Positions 11,841-23,937 are shown, numbered from the stretch's first letter. The stretch is 64,000 nt of DNA from an uncultured Planctomycetaceae bacterium (GCA_963833985.1 CAWIAD010000002.1:1120001-1184000), one strand, 5' to 3'. Made by a program: numbers and translations. Notes: generated from the letters alone by a model not told the origin.

Positions 11841-14558
11841 TCACTTCGCCGGGGTCTTCAGTGCCTCGATCTTCTTGCGGAGATCCTTGACGAGGCTTTC
11901 CAGGCTTTCGGCTTGCTTCTCCAGGTCGGTCAACGGCTTGGAGGCGGTGTCGCCTCCGCTTGCCGTCGGCCTGGCGGGTTCACCCTTGAGCTGCTTGACC
12001 GCGTTTTCCAGGATCTGATGGGCCGAAAGGCCGAAGCCCCCGAAGCCCAGCGACCCGCTTTCCTTGCTCAGGCGCGCTTCGAGCGCGGGCAGGGCCTTCT
12101 TGAGCTTCAAGCTTTCGGCCAGTCTCCAGGCTCGGAAGCGGACCGTGCGGTCGGGATCGTCAATCATCGGGATGATCAGGTCCTGGAGCGCGGGGTCATC
12201 CTTGGCCAGACGGTCCAGCGCGCTCATCGCCGCCGAGCGGAGCGCGGGGGGCTGCCCGTAGACGGCGTACAGAGCGGTGAGCTCCCGGCTCTTCGGGCCA
12301 GGCTGCTCAAGTTGCAGCTCGAGGGCCGCGGCTGCCAGCCGGTGCTTGCCGGTGGGCACCTTCAGTGCCGTGCTGAGCAGCTCGTCGGCATCCTTGACCT
12401 TCCAGTTCACCAGCGTCCGCAGCGCGGTCGACCGGGCGGTGTAGGCTTCCTTGGGGTTGTTCCAGGCGCCTCGCAGGATGGCCTCGGAAGCCTCGTCGCG
12501 CTTCAGGCCCGCGAGTCCGCGAATGGCAGCGACGCGCACCCGCGCCTGCGTATCCTTGGCAGCCTCTTGAAGGGCATGGCGAAATGCCTCATCACCATTC
12601 GGCGGAGTCTCGGTCCGGGAGCCGAAGAGCGTTCTCCGCCGCCGTCCGCCCGTCTCGGGCACGCCGCTGATCAGGGTGACCATCTCGGTGCGTCCGCTGA
12701 GGCTCTTCTCCTTCTTCCACGCCTCGGCCAGCGCGTGCTTGACCTCGGGAGAGGACTCCGCCTGCTTCAGCAACGCCCTGGCCGCGGTCACGCGGCAGAT
12801 CACGCAGGAGGCGTGCTCGAGCTGGAAGAGGTTCTCCTCGGCCGTCTTCTCGAAGTCCAGCTCCTTGATGAGCGTGCAGTTCTGGTCGATCTGCACCATC
12901 TTCGGCTTGGTCCCGCAGGGGATCACGAACTCGTGGCTGGCGCCGTCGATGACGATGGGAACAGACCGGCTCTTGCCCACCGCCTCGGTGATTTCCAGGC
13001 TCGTGGGGAGGCGGAAGAGCGGCGTTTGCTCGTCGGTCTTCTGGGTCTGCTCGATCTTCACGCGGACGGTCCTGTCTTCCGGCTCATAGTGCCACCGCAC
13101 CTTCAGCTCGGGATGCCCCGCCTTGTACAGCCACTGGTCGAAGAACCACTTGAGCTCCTTGCCGGTGGCCTCCTCCATGGCCTTGCGGAAGTCGTCGGTC
13201 TCCACGACCTGGAACTTGTGCTTCGCCACGTAGTGGCTGATGCCCTTCCACCATTTCTCGTCGCCCAGCAGCCCACGCAGCATATGCAGGACACAGCCGC
13301 CCTTTGAGTACGTCATGCCGTCGAACATATCCATGGGCGAGTTGTACTTCGTTTCGACGATGGGCCGGCGGTACATCCGGTCGTTGCCCAGGTAGCTCTT
13401 GAGCTCGCCGTCCATGCGGAATCGGAACTCGTCCGGCCCTCGGTCGTGCTCGATGAAGAGCGGGTCGAAATAGGAGGCGAAGCCTTCATTGAGCCAGATG
13501 TGCGACCAGTCCTTGCAGGTCATCAGGTCGCCGAACCACTGGTGGGCCAGCTCATGGGCCACCAGGTCGTCCTGGTCGCGCTCCAGGCCCTCGATCTCAT
13601 CGAGCAGCGCGCCGTCGGTCATGGATGTTGCCGAGGTGTTCTCCATTCCCCCGCCAAACTCCGGCAAACAGATCTGAGCATACTTGCACCAGGGGTACGG
13701 CTGGCCGGTCTTCTCGCTGAAGAAGCGAATCATCGCGGGGGTCTTGCCCATGAACCTCCGGGCCGTCGCCTCATCAACGTGCTTCTGCACGTAATAATCC
13801 ACGGGCAGGCTGCCAACCTTGTCATGGAACTCGGCGAATTCCGACGCCGTGACCGTGATCAGGTAAGTCGACAGCGGCTGATCCATCTTCCAGTGAAACG
13901 TGCGGCTGCCGTCGGCGTTCTCCCGGGTGGAGATGAGCGCACCATTGGAGACCACGCTCAGCGGCCTGGCGATCGTGATGATCATCTCGGTGGTGACGCG
14001 GTCGTTGGGATAGTCGTAGCAGGGGAGCCAGTGGTGGTTGTCCTCGGCCTCGCCCTGGGTCCAGACGGCCGGCGGCTTCTCCGGACTGGCCGGATCGGTG
14101 GGAACGAAGCGCATCCCCGAATCCGGACTGCCGCTGTACGTGATGGACAGGTCAATCGTCTCGTCGGTACCGTACGGCTTGTCAAACGTGATCGCCAGCT
14201 TGTCCTTGCTGGTGCTGAACTTGCAGTCCGCCTTCTGCGGGCCCACCGTCACCTTGCTGACCTTCAGCTTGGGGCCGCAATCCAGCTCGATTCCACTGGT
14301 GTAGGGATGAAGAGGCGTGAGCGTGTGCGTGACCGTGCCGTGAATTTCCTGCTTCTTGGTGTCGAGCATCAGCTCGGCCTTGATATGCTTGATGTCCGCC
14401 TGGCGGATCCGTTCCGTCTTCCGGGTCGTCTCCACGCTGGCGAACGGACGCCGATTGGGCCGGCCCGGCTGGCCGGCGCCTGGAGCTTGCGCGCTTGCGG
14501 TCATTGCGGCCAGGCTCAGGACCAGGCCGGCGACAGGGAGTACAATGCGTCTGAGCAT
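11841..14558 (-). CDS. M1 family aminopeptidase with C-terminal HEAT-like repeats, secreted
   Basis: GGMEN exopeptidase motif, HELAHQW...WLNEGFA zinc motif, YSKGG; signal peptide MLRRIVLPVAGLVLSLAAMTASAQ. Confidence 0.92.
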   Translation of the reverse strand: MLRRIVLPVAGLVLSLAAMTASAQAPGAGQPGRPNRRPFASVETTRKTERIRQADIKHIKAELMLDTKKQEIHGTVTHTLTPLHPYTSGIELDCGPKLKVSKVTVGPQKADCKFSTSKDKLAITFDKPYGTDETIDLSITYSGSPDSGMRFVPTDPASPEKPPAVWTQGEAEDNHHWLPCYDYPNDRVTTEMIITIARPLSVVSNGALISTRENADGSRTFHWKMDQPLSTYLITVTASEFAEFHDKVGSLPVDYYVQKHVDEATARRFMGKTPAMIRFFSEKTGQPYPWCKYAQICLPEFGGGMENTSATSMTDGALLDEIEGLERDQDDLVAHELAHQWFGDLMTCKDWSHIWLNEGFASYFDPLFIEHDRGPDEFRFRMDGELKSYLGNDRMYRRPIVETKYNSPMDMFDGMTYSKGGCVLHMLRGLLGDEKWWKGISHYVAKHKFQVVETDDFRKAMEEATGKELKWFFDQWLYKAGHPELKVRWHYEPEDRTVRVKIEQTQKTDEQTPLFRLPTSLEITEAVGKSRSVPIVIDGASHEFVIPCGTKPKMVQIDQNCTLIKELDFEKTAEENLFQLEHASCVICRVTAARALLKQAESSPEVKHALAEAWKKEKSLSGRTEMVTLISGVPETGGRRRRTLFGSRTETPPNGDEAFRHALQEAAKDTQARVRVAAIRGLAGLKRDEASEAILRGAWNNPKEAYTARSTALRTLVNWKVKDADELLSTALKVPTGKHRLAAAALELQLEQPGPKSRELTALYAVYGQPPALRSAAMSALDRLAKDDPALQDLIIPMIDDPDRTVRFRAWRLAESLKLKKALPALEARLSKESGSLGFGGFGLSAHQILENAVKQLKGEPARPTASGGDTASKPLTDLEKQAESLESLVKDLRKKIEALKTPAK

Positions 14559-14820
14559 GATGGATTCCAGGGGCAATTCCGGATCGGCGGCCAATCCCGG
14601 TTGATCCGGCAGGGCGTTGTCTTGAACCAGGTGATGAACAGAGCCTACCCGGCAAGCGGTGCTCGAAGCCGTTGAAGGCGTGCGACTACTGTTCTACTCT
14701 CGGAGGAGAGAGCCGGTCAATCGGGCGCTCTCGGGGTTTCGTGAGGATCATGCCGGTGATAGAGCCTGGGCGGCCAGAGCCGGGTAAAGGCAAGAGCGGC
14801 ATTGCCGCCGGGTATGTTCC

Positions 14821-16858
14821 ATGAACCGGTTCGGTTTCGTCCGCGTGACGTCTGCGTCGATCCGGATCTCGGTGGCCAACCCCGAGGCCAACGCCGCCGA
14901 GATCCTCCGCGTGCTCGACCAGGTGCGCGACAGCGACATCGTGCTCTTTCCGGAGCTCTGCATCACGGGCTACACATGCGCCGACCTGTTCGGCCAGTCG
15001 GTCCTGCTGCAAGCCGGCTCCTGCGCGGTCAGGCACATCGCCCGGGCCACGGCCGGGCAACGCCAGCTCGTTGTCGTCGGCTTGCCGGTACCGGTGGGAA
15101 ACAGTCTCTACAACGGGGCGGTGGTGCTGGCAAACGGTAATGTCCTGGGCGTGGTTCCCAAGCAGCTTCATCCCCAACTACAAGGAATTCTACGAGAGCC
15201 GCTGGTTCCGGCCCGCCGACGGGTCCGAGCCTGCGGAGATCGAATTTGCCGACGGCCGCGTCCCCTTCGGCATCGACCTGCTCTTCGTGAGCGAGAGCCT
15301 GGTGACGGCTCCTGTCGTGGTGGGGATCGAGATCTGCGAGGACCTCTGGGTGCCGCTCCCTCCCAGCTCGACGCAGGCGGGTGCGGGGGCGACCATCTTG
15401 CTGAACCTCTCGGCCAGCAACGAGACGATCGGCAAGAGCCAGTACCGGACGGACCTGGTGGTCGGACAGTCCGGCCGGTGCATCGCCGCGTATGCGTACG
15501 CGGGCGCGGGACCTTCCGAATCGACGACCGACCTCGTCTTCAGCGGCCACTGTCTGATCGCCGAGAACGGCCGGCTCATTGCCGAGTCTCCCCGCGTGGG
15601 CGACGGCCAGGCGATCCGCCGCGACAGCTACTGGATCACCCAGGACATCGACGCCGCCAGGCTTCAGTCGGACCGGCGGATCTCGACGAGCTTCGAGCAG
15701 GGACCGCGCTTCTCGCAGCCGTTCCGCCGCATTCCCTTCGAGCTGGCCGCGGACATGCCCGGCCTGAAGCGGTTCGTACCCGGGACGCCGTTCGTGCCCG
15801 CGCAGGGTCCCGAGCTGCATCGCCGCTGTGCCGAGATCTTCGGCATCCAGTGCGCGGGGCTGGCCAAGCGGATCGAGCAGCTTCCCTCGGGCACGCCCCT
15901 GAACATCGGCATTTCGGGCGGGCTCGACTCCACGCTGGCACTCCTGGTGGCCGTCAAGACGTGCGATCTGCTGGGAATCGATCGCAGTCTGGTTCACGGC
16001 CTGACCATGCCCGGCTTCGGCACGACGGCCCGGACCCGGAAGAACGCCCTGGCCCTGATGCAACACCTCGGCGTCTCCTCCCACACTATCGACATCCAGC
16101 CGCTCGCGCTGCTGGCCTTTCAAGAGATTGGTCATGCCCCCTTCGGTCTGAACTGCCATGAGATGGACCTGCGTTCGTTCCAGGCCGCACTGGCGCAGGT
16201 GCCTTGCGAGGCGCGCAAGGACCTGACGTTCGAGAACGTGCAGGCCCGGCTGCGCACCTTCTTGCTCATGTCGCGCGGGTTCGTCGTGGGCACCGGCGAT
16301 CTCTCCGAGCTGGCGCTGGGCTGGTCCACGTATAATGCAGACCACATGAGCATGTATAACCCCAATTGCTCGATTCCCAAGACCCTGGTGAAGTTCCTGG
16401 TGCGTTACGTCGCCACGAGCGAGTTCCCCGATGGCCCGGTGCGCGAGACGTTGCTCTCGATTGCGGCGACGACCATCTCTCCCGAGCTCTTGCCGTACTC
16501 CGCCGCCGGCGAGATCGAGCAGTCCACCGAGGCGACGCTGGGACCGTACGAGATCCACGATTTCATTCTCTTTCACGCGATCCGCTACGGTGACTCGCCC
16601 GAGAAGATCCTCTTCCTCAGCGAGTTCGCCACCTTCACCCAGCCGTACCCGCGGGAGCTCATCGAGCGCACCATGCGCACCTTCTTCACGCGCTTCTTCA
16701 GCCAGCAGTACAAGCGGTCCTGCGTTCCGGACGGGCCCAAGGTGGGCACCGTCAGCCTCTCGCCGCGCGGCGACTGGAGGATGCCCAGCGACGCCGATGC
16801 CGCCGAGTGGCTGCGCTGGGCGGCCGCATCGAATAAGCCCGGCGACGGGCTCGTCTAG
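14821..16858 (+). CDS. nadE: Glutamine-dependent NAD+ synthetase; frameshift at ~15166
   Basis: Nitrilase-like FPELCITGYTCADLF, IPNYKEFYESRWF, EICEDLW; synthetase GISGGLDSTLA, ENVQAR, FFSQQYKRSCVPDGPKVG. Deleting one C gives PKQFIPNY. Confidence 0.93.
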
Positions 16859-16878
16859 ACGAGCAAGACCTCGGAACG

Positions 16879-19170
16879 ATGCCAGCGCCCGCGCTGGGTA
16901 CCGTTACGGCCTCTCTCCCAGGAGCGAAAACCGATGAACGCCTCTCTCTGGCTGGCGGCTGCTTTCCTGTGGCGCAGCTCGGCGGCTCCGCCGATCCGAC
17001 CTCCATCCCCCGCACCCCGGTCGACAACGTGTCGCGCCTCCATCCCGCGGTCAGCAAGATCGTCGCGGTGACCTTGTACCAGGGCCAGGCTCTGGTCACC
17101 CGCGAGGTGAGCGTTCCCGATGGCGTGGGGAACGTCGAGCTCGTCGTGGCCCCGCTGCCGTCGCAAACCGTGCAGAGCTCTCTCTACACCGAGGGAGCCG
17201 ACGGTCTGCGCATTCTCAGCACGCGCTTCCGCACACGCACGCTCAAGGACGACAGGCGCCTGGAAGTTCGGGAAAAGGAGGCCCTGCTCAAGCAGCTCTC
17301 GGACGATGCCCAGAAGCTTCAGAAGGAGATCGAGGTCCACGCGCAGGACCTGCAATACCTCCAGAAGCTCGAGGGCTTCACCGGCTCGGCGCTCTCCAAT
17401 CTGACTAGGGAGGGAAGACTTGACAACGAGGCGATCCTCTCGCTGAGCAAGTTCATCATGCAGAGCCGCGCCACGAAGTCGGCGTCCGAGACCGACCTCC
17501 GCCAGCGTTTGCAGTCGAATACGAAAGCGGCCGAGCTTGCCAGGAAGCAGCTCGCCGAACTCTCGGACGGCTCCGGACGGACCGAGCGGGACGCGGTGAT
17601 CATCGTCAACAAGACGCGGCCGGCGGCAGGCGCCGTCCGGCTTGGCTACCTGGTGAGCTCCGCCACGTGGTCCCCACAATACCGGTTGCGTGCTACAGCC
17701 GACAACGCGCCCGTCCGGCTCGAGTATCTCGCCGCGGTGGTCCAGCAGACCGGTGAAGATTGGCCGGGCGTGAACGTCACGCTCTCCACAGCACGGCCTT
17801 CGCAGGACGCGGCACCGCCGGAGTTCCTCCCCCTGTCCATGGCCATCGCCAGCGCCGCAGAGTCCGGCCCGGTCGAAGCGAAGGATGACCGCTCGCAGAA
17901 GATCACGGCCGAGCTGGGCAAGCTCATGGACATGCCATTCGCACGCGAGACTCCGCTCGAGGACGTTATCAAGTACGTCCGCGGCAACACCAGGAGTACC
18001 GCCTTTCCCGATGGCGTCCCGATCTACGTCGATCCCGTCGGACTTCAAGAAGCCGAGCGGACGATGGCCTCTCCAGTCACCTTCGACCTCAAGGAGGTCC
18101 CTCTGAGAACGTCGCTGGAGCTCCTCCTGAGACAGCTCGGTCTGGGCTACCAGGTGAAGGACGGCCTGCTCAGGATCACCTCGCAGGAATCCCTCGACGA
18201 GTCGGAGCGCGATGCCGAAGTCCGCAAACGCTGGCTCGCGGGCGAACCGCCGGGCGTCGGCAACATGGGCGGCATGGGTGGCGGCATGAGGGGCATGGGC
18301 GGAAGCATGGGCGGCATGGGGATGTCCCTCGAGCAAACTCAGGCGGTCGGAGTGGCGCTGCTCAACCGGGCAGCCGCCACCGATCAGGCCAGAGAGCTAC
18401 ACATTGCCGATGGCCAGGTCCCGGGAACGGCAGCGGCCGAGAAGGATGGGCCAAGCGTCGCGTTCTCGATCACGGGCCAGATCGACATTCCCTCCCGCCA
18501 GGACCCTCAACTGCTGGAAGTGGCCCGCCTCAACCTCCCGTCCGAGTACTACGCGAAGGCCACTCCCGTCCTGACTCCGCGGGTGTACCGCCTGGCCAGG
18601 CTCACCAACCGGAGCGACCTCGTGCTGCTCCCGGGCGAGGCCACCGTCTACGTGGGCCTGGATTTTGTCGGCCGGATGAAGCTTCCCCTGGTGGCCGCCG
18701 GCGAGCCCTTCATCGCCGGTTTCGGTGTGGATCCCCAGCTTCAGGTCAGCCGGCGGCTGGTTCGCAAGACACGCTCGGTGCAAGGCGGCAACCAGGTCTT
18801 CGACTATGAGTTCCGCATCGGCCTGCGCAACTACCGCAGCACTCCGGTCAAGATCGAGCTCTGGGATCGATTGCCCCGACCGCAGGGCGAGGCGGTGGCC
18901 GTGAACCTGGTGAAGACCTCGACGGAGCTGAGCACCGATCCGCTTTACCTGCGCACCGCCCGGATGGATAACCTGTTGCGCTGGGATATGAACATTCCCC
19001 CGAACACCATTGGTGACAAGACCATTTACGTGAACTACGCGTTTCGCCTGGAATACGCCCGCGACCTGCCCCAGCCTCGTTTCACCTCCGGCGGCCTGGG
19101 AGAAGCCCCCATCGGCGGCGGCGCGATCGGCGTTGGCGGGATGATGGGCGGCATGGGCGGCATGCAATAA
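16879..19170 (+). CDS. DUF4140/DUF4139 (MuiA-like) protein with inserted STN-like domain and Gly/Met-rich tracts; start uncertain
   Basis: IVAVTLYQGQALVTR, GYLVSSATWSPQY, QQTGEDWPGVNVTLSTARP, LLPGEATVY, FGVDPQLQV. Confidence 0.8.
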   Translation: MPAPALGTVTASLPGAKTDERLSLAGGCFPVAQLGGSADPTSIPRTPVDNVSRLHPAVSKIVAVTLYQGQALVTREVSVPDGVGNVELVVAPLPSQTVQSSLYTEGADGLRILSTRFRTRTLKDDRRLEVREKEALLKQLSDDAQKLQKEIEVHAQDLQYLQKLEGFTGSALSNLTREGRLDNEAILSLSKFIMQSRATKSASETDLRQRLQSNTKAAELARKQLAELSDGSGRTERDAVIIVNKTRPAAGAVRLGYLVSSATWSPQYRLRATADNAPVRLEYLAAVVQQTGEDWPGVNVTLSTARPSQDAAPPEFLPLSMAIASAAESGPVEAKDDRSQKITAELGKLMDMPFARETPLEDVIKYVRGNTRSTAFPDGVPIYVDPVGLQEAERTMASPVTFDLKEVPLRTSLELLLRQLGLGYQVKDGLLRITSQESLDESERDAEVRKRWLAGEPPGVGNMGGMGGGMRGMGGSMGGMGMSLEQTQAVGVALLNRAAATDQARELHIADGQVPGTAAAEKDGPSVAFSITGQIDIPSRQDPQLLEVARLNLPSEYYAKATPVLTPRVYRLARLTNRSDLVLLPGEATVYVGLDFVGRMKLPLVAAGEPFIAGFGVDPQLQVSRRLVRKTRSVQGGNQVFDYEFRIGLRNYRSTPVKIELWDRLPRPQGEAVAVNLVKTSTELSTDPLYLRTARMDNLLRWDMNIPPNTIGDKTIYVNYAFRLEYARDLPQPRFTSGGLGEAPIGGGAIGVGGMMGGMGGMQ

Positions 19171-19181
19171 TCCGGCACCAG

Positions 19182-19283
19182 GTAGGGCATGCTCTTGCAT
19201 GCCGATTATGGCCTCGTAACGCCGGTAGGGCATGCTCCTGCATGCCATTTCCGGCCCTGGCCCGCATAGATAGTATGCCCTAC
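19182..19283. repeat. Cluster of three GTAG-type REP-like palindromes (GTAGGGCATGCTC[T/C]TGCATGCC)
   Basis: Direct copies at 19182-19203 and 19225-19246; diverged inverted copy at 19264-19283; lies between convergent genes. Confidence 0.75.
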
Positions 19284-19327
19284 GAACATGCCGGATTCCG
19301 CGCGAATCTCCTTTGCCGCGGTGCGGC

Positions 19328-20830
19328 TCACGCCAGCAATTCCTTGCGTACGTGGCCGTCGCCCTCGACCCCGATGAGGCGCTGCTGCAACCCCTGGTAG
19401 GGGAAGCGGAAGGTCTCGGCGTCCAGGCCCACTAGGTGCAGGATCGTGGCCTGGAGGTCGTGCACCGTCACGGGACTGTCGGTGATCTGGTAGCCCAGGT
19501 CGTCGGTTGCGCCGACGGAGATGCCCGGCTTGAAGCCGCCGCCGGCCACCCAGAGCGTGAAGCAGTGGGGGTGGTGGTCGCGGCCCAGGAAGGCGGAACC
19601 GCCCCGCGCCTCGTTCATCGAGGTCCGGCCGAACTCGCCGCCCCAGACCACGATCGTCTCGTCCAGCAGCCCGCGCCGCTTCAGGTCCGCAAGCAGCGCG
19701 GCGACGGGCCGGTCGATCTCCTTGCACTTCTTCGGCAGGTGAATGACGATGTCGTCCCCGGCGCCCGTGCCATGACAGTCCCAGCCCCAGTCGAAGAGCT
19801 GGACGTACCGCACTCCCCGCTCCACCAGCCGCCTGGCCAGCAGGCAGTTGTTGGCGAACGATGCGGCCCCTGGCTGGGCGCCGTATTCCTCGATGATCTT
19901 CGCCGGCTCCTGGCGGATGTCCATCACGTCCGGGACCGACATCTGCATCCGGTAGGCCAGCTCGTACTGGCTGATGCGCGTCAGGGTCTCCGGGTCGCCG
20001 AACTCCTTCAGCTCGTACTCGTTGAGCTGCCGGAGCGCGTCCAGCGTGCGCCGTCGGTCCGCCCGGTCCATGCCCTTCGGGTCGCTTACATAAAGGATCG
20101 GGTCGCCGACCGTCCGGCACTGCACGCCCTGGTACACGCTGGGCAGGAACCCCGTGCTCCAGAGCGCCTTGCCGCCGGTGGGGTCGGTGCCTCCGCTGAT
20201 CAGCACGACGAAGCCGGGCAGGTCCTGGTTCTCCGAACCCAGCCCATACGTGATCCACGAACCCATCGCCGCGCCGCCGTTGCGCGGGGTGCCGGTGAAG
20301 ATGAACAGCTCGGCCGGGGCGTGATTGAACTGGTCGGTGTGCATCGAGCGGATGACGGCGATGTCGTCGGCGACCGTGCCGAGGTGGGGCAGCAGGTCGC
20401 TGATCATCTGGCCGCTCTCTCCGCGCTTCTGGAACCGGTAGGGCGTGCCCAGCAGCTTGGGATGTCCCTTGATGAACGCGAACCGCTGGTTCTTGAGCAG
20501 CTCGTCGGGGCAGGGCTGCATGTGGTGCTTGACGAGCGTTGGCTTGAAGTCGAAGAGGTCCTGCTGGGGCGGCCCGCCCGACATGTGCAGGTAGATGACG
20601 CGCTTCGCCTTCGCCGGGAACATGGGCGGCCGCGGCGCCATGGCGTTGTCGGCCGCGGCCGAGAGCCTCCCGGCCGGCTTTGGCACGCCATCCGCGGCCC
20701 GCCCCGCGCCGCCCAGCAGCATGTTCAGGGCGATCGCCCCCAGGCCGGTCTGCGAGTGCTTCAGGAACTGCCGGCGCGTCACGGCGCGGGCGTGCTGCAA
20801 GCTCAGGTCGAGTTCCGGTTCCAGGCTCAT
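19328..20830 (-). CDS. DUF1501 domain-containing protein
   Basis: Tat-like [65 protein letters not shown]. Confidence 0.92.
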   Translation of the reverse strand: MSLEPELDLSLQHARAVTRRQFLKHSQTGLGAIALNMLLGGAGRAADGVPKPAGRLSAAADNAMAPRPPMFPAKAKRVIYLHMSGGPPQQDLFDFKPTLVKHHMQPCPDELLKNQRFAFIKGHPKLLGTPYRFQKRGESGQMISDLLPHLGTVADDIAVIRSMHTDQFNHAPAELFIFTGTPRNGGAAMGSWITYGLGSENQDLPGFVVLISGGTDPTGGKALWSTGFLPSVYQGVQCRTVGDPILYVSDPKGMDRADRRRTLDALRQLNEYELKEFGDPETLTRISQYELAYRMQMSVPDVMDIRQEPAKIIEEYGAQPGAASFANNCLLARRLVERGVRYVQLFDWGWDCHGTGAGDDIVIHLPKKCKEIDRPVAALLADLKRRGLLDETIVVWGGEFGRTSMNEARGGSAFLGRDHHPHCFTLWVAGGGFKPGISVGATDDLGYQITDSPVTVHDLQATILHLVGLDAETFRFPYQGLQQRLIGVEGDGHVRKELLA

Positions 20831-20834
20831 GAGA

Positions 20835-23450
20835 TCAGCCCCTGGTCAGGACGGCGTCAAGGTTCAGCAGCACGTTGGCCACCGCGGTCCACGCGGCCAG
20901 GTCGGCAGGGTCCATCCCCTCCGGCAGCGGGCCCAGCGGCTCGGTCGCCAGCGCCCGGGCGGCCAGAATGTCCTTCGCGTAACGGCCGTGCTCGGCCTGA
21001 TGGAGCGCGACGAGCCTCTCAACCTGCTCGGACCGGGGCGGCCGGCAGAGGCAAAGCTGAAGGGCGTAGCGCATGCGGTCCTCCAGGCATGATCCTCCCT
21101 CCCGCACCACGCGCCGGGCCAGTGCCTGCGCGGCCTCGAGATAGACCGGGTCGTTGAGCGTGACGAACGCCTGGAGCGGCGTGTTGGTCCGCACCCTCTT
21201 GATGGCGCAGATCTCGCGGCTGGGAGCGTCGAACGTGGCCATCGAAGGGTAAGGCACCGTGCGCCGCCAGAACGTGTAGATCGCCCGGCGATACCGGTCG
21301 TCGCCGCGGCTGGTGGCCCAGGTGCGCTGGCCGTTGAACGCGGCCTGCCAGAGGCCGTCGGGCTGCGGTGGGAAGACGCTCGGCCCGCCAATCCTGGTGC
21401 TCAAGAGGCCGCTCAGCGCCAGCGCCTGGTCGCGCACGATCTCCGCCTCCAGGCGCAGGCGCGGGGCGTGCGCCAGCAACCGGTTGCGCGGGTCGCGCGC
21501 GAGCAGCTCTGGCGTCACGCGAGACGACTGACGGTAGGTCGCCGATGTCACCATCCGCTTCAACAGCGCCTTGGTGTCCCAGCCCGAATCCATGTAGGTC
21601 ACGGCCAGCCAGTCGAGCAGCTCCGGATGGCTGGGCAGCTCGCCCTGGGTGCCGAAGTCTTCCTCGGTGGCGACGATCCCCGTGCCGAAAAGCTGGGCCC
21701 AGGCGCGGTTCACCGCCACGCGGGCCGTGAGCGGGTTGCGGCGATCGACGAGCCACCGCGCCAGCGCCATCCGGTTCACCGGGGCGCTGGAGGGCAGGGG
21801 ATGGAGCGCCTGCGGCACGCCGGGCTGCACCGGATCGCCCGGGTCGAGAAAGTTCCCCTTGCGCAGCAGCTTCGTGACCCGCTGCTTGCCCCTGGGCAGC
21901 TCGACCATGACCGGCACGGTGGGCAGCTCCGGCTTGCTCTTCTCCAGCCGGGCGATCTCCTCGCGAAGCGGTTTCAGCTCCGGCGCGATCGACCGGAAGT
22001 AAGCCGCCAGTTGCTCCGTTTCAGCCTGGCTGCGCTGCTTGACCGGGGTCGCGACGATCTTGAGGACCTCCTGGGGAACGTGCTTCCGCGCCTCGGCGTG
22101 CACCGGTTCGGCGGCAACGCTCGCCTCCCATTTCGCCTCCGCGGTCTGCAACCCGGAAGCCCGGCCCTCCTTCTCAAGCCGCCTCTTCAGATCCTCCAGC
22201 TTGCGGTTAATGGCCTCGGTCTGGGCCTTGATCTCGGCCGTGGGGGCGGTGATCACCGGCGCTTCGTCGGGCTGATCGGTGTCGGCCGTCTGGTTGAAGA
22301 TGGCGAAGAACTTGTAGTATTCCTCATTCGTGAGTGGGTCGTACTTGTGGCTGTGGCACTTGGCGCAGCCCATCGTCAGCCCCATCCAGACCTGCATCGT
22401 GGTATCGACCCGGTCCTTGATCGCCGCCACGCGGAATTCCTCGTCGTCGGTTCCCCCCTCGGTATTGGTCATCGTGTTGCGATGGAACGCCGTGGCAATC
22501 TTCTGGTCCACCGTGGGGTCCGGCAGCAGGTCGCCGGCGATCTGCTCGACGGTGAACCGGTCGTAGGGCATGTTCCGGTTCAGTGCGGCGATCACCCAGT
22601 CGCGGTAGCGCCAGATGGTGCGGAGCGGATCCGAGCCGTAGCCGGCCGAGTCCGCATAGCGCGCCAGGTCCAGCCACAACCGCGCCCAGCGCTCGCCGTA
22701 GGCCGGGTCGTCCAGGAACCGGTCGACGGCGTGCTCGTAAGCATCGGGGCTCGTGTCGGCCACGAACCGCTCGACCTCGCGGGGCGATGGCGGCAGCCCG
22801 CGCAGGTCCAGGCTCACCCGCCGCAGCAGCGTGTACGGGTCGGCCTCGGCAGCGGGTCGCAGTCCCTCCTGCTCCAGGCGGGCGAGGACCCAGGCATCGA
22901 TCCCGTTCCGCGGCCAGGCGGCCTCCTGCACCCGTGGCAGGGGCCGGGCCGCGGGAGCCACAAGCGCCCAGTGCGGCTCGTACTTCGCGCCCTCCGCGAT
23001 CCACTGCGTCAGGATGGCGGCCTCGGCGGGCGAGAGCCGCTTGCCGGCCTTGCGGGGCGGCATGCGGAGCGTGTCGTCCTCCTCGCTCACCCGGGCGATG
23101 AGCATGCTGGCATCCGGGTCGCCCGGAACGATCGCCGGATCGCCGCTCCTGAGCGGCTTGACGGCCGCCTCGCGGAGGTCGAGCCGCAGCCCCCGCGCGC
23201 GCTTCGCCTCGTCCGAGCCGTGGCAGGGGAAGCAGCTCTTCGACAGGATCGGCCGCACGTCCCGGTTGAAGTCCACGCCCTTGCCCGCAGCCGCCGCCGA
23301 CGGTGCAGGAGCCAGGCCAGGAACCGTACCCGGCGCCGGCTCACCCGCCGCAACAGCCGGCCGGCACGCGGCGACGAGCCACCCAGCCGCCAGGGCCCCC
23401 GCAAGCGCGAGGCCGCGGCTCTTCCTCACGCGATCGATCGTCTGACTCAT
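20835..23450 (-). CDS. PSD1/planctomycete cytochrome C protein (DUF1549 + DUF1553)
   Basis: [59 protein letters not shown]. Confidence 0.92.
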   Translation of the reverse strand: MSQTIDRVRKSRGLALAGALAAGWLVAACRPAVAAGEPAPGTVPGLAPAPSAAAAGKGVDFNRDVRPILSKSCFPCHGSDEAKRARGLRLDLREAAVKPLRSGDPAIVPGDPDASMLIARVSEEDDTLRMPPRKAGKRLSPAEAAILTQWIAEGAKYEPHWALVAPAARPLPRVQEAAWPRNGIDAWVLARLEQEGLRPAAEADPYTLLRRVSLDLRGLPPSPREVERFVADTSPDAYEHAVDRFLDDPAYGERWARLWLDLARYADSAGYGSDPLRTIWRYRDWVIAALNRNMPYDRFTVEQIAGDLLPDPTVDQKIATAFHRNTMTNTEGGTDDEEFRVAAIKDRVDTTMQVWMGLTMGCAKCHSHKYDPLTNEEYYKFFAIFNQTADTDQPDEAPVITAPTAEIKAQTEAINRKLEDLKRRLEKEGRASGLQTAEAKWEASVAAEPVHAEARKHVPQEVLKIVATPVKQRSQAETEQLAAYFRSIAPELKPLREEIARLEKSKPELPTVPVMVELPRGKQRVTKLLRKGNFLDPGDPVQPGVPQALHPLPSSAPVNRMALARWLVDRRNPLTARVAVNRAWAQLFGTGIVATEEDFGTQGELPSHPELLDWLAVTYMDSGWDTKALLKRMVTSATYRQSSRVTPELLARDPRNRLLAHAPRLRLEAEIVRDQALALSGLLSTRIGGPSVFPPQPDGLWQAAFNGQRTWATSRGDDRYRRAIYTFWRRTVPYPSMATFDAPSREICAIKRVRTNTPLQAFVTLNDPVYLEAAQALARRVVREGGSCLEDRMRYALQLCLCRPPRSEQVERLVALHQAEHGRYAKDILAARALATEPLGPLPEGMDPADLAAWTAVANVLLNLDAVLTRG

Positions 23451-23776
23451 GGATCCGGCTCCCATCCCCTCGGTCGCGGACGAGCCTCGGCTGGCAAGCG
23501 CGTCTGGCTGGTGGTCGGCAGGCGGGTGGTCCGACCCCTGACAGGACGGACTCTATAGAATCGATTCTCACCCGTCGGCCCCATCCGGCTCAAGGGTGGA
23601 CTCCTGTCCCGGTCTCCGAGGACTCACCGCCGCGGGGCGCTCATAGTGTACTTTTGAATCGTATGCGGCCCGGCTCGAAGTGGGTTTCAAGACACCGGGC
23701 CAGGATGAATGTGGAAGCGCTCCCGGCACCGCGAAAGGAAAGGAATCATGCACCGCACTCGTCTCAGGCCATCCCC

Positions 23777-23875
23777 GCGAGAATTGGGTTCCTTCTGGCC
23801 CTCGAAAAAGCCAATTTCATGACGTAAGTCCATTCCCCAAAGCAACTAACAACTTCCGAAATTGGCTTCGTTCCG
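23777..23875. repeat. ~100-bp dispersed repeat, copy A (AATTGGGTTC...CCAATTTCA-GACGTAAGTCC...AAATTGGCTTCG)
   Basis: Three conserved blocks shared in order and spacing with 24233-24333; internal inverted repeat AATTGG/CCAATT. Confidence 0.7.
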
Positions 23876-23937
23876 CGTCGTCGCGGAATGCCAGTTGCGA
23901 GCCACCCTCACGTCGTGCTCGCACATGGTTGTAACTC

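Noticed and set aside
15150..15180. Programmed ribosomal frameshift in nadE or other split genes
   Set aside because: No slippery heptamer or known precedent; single-base error is the simpler explanation.
2308..23558. Long antisense ORFs (e.g. 2308..4893, 11763..13307, 19436..21157, 21468..23558)
   Set aside because: Shadow frames of well-supported opposite-strand genes, expected in high-GC DNA; no recognisable motifs.
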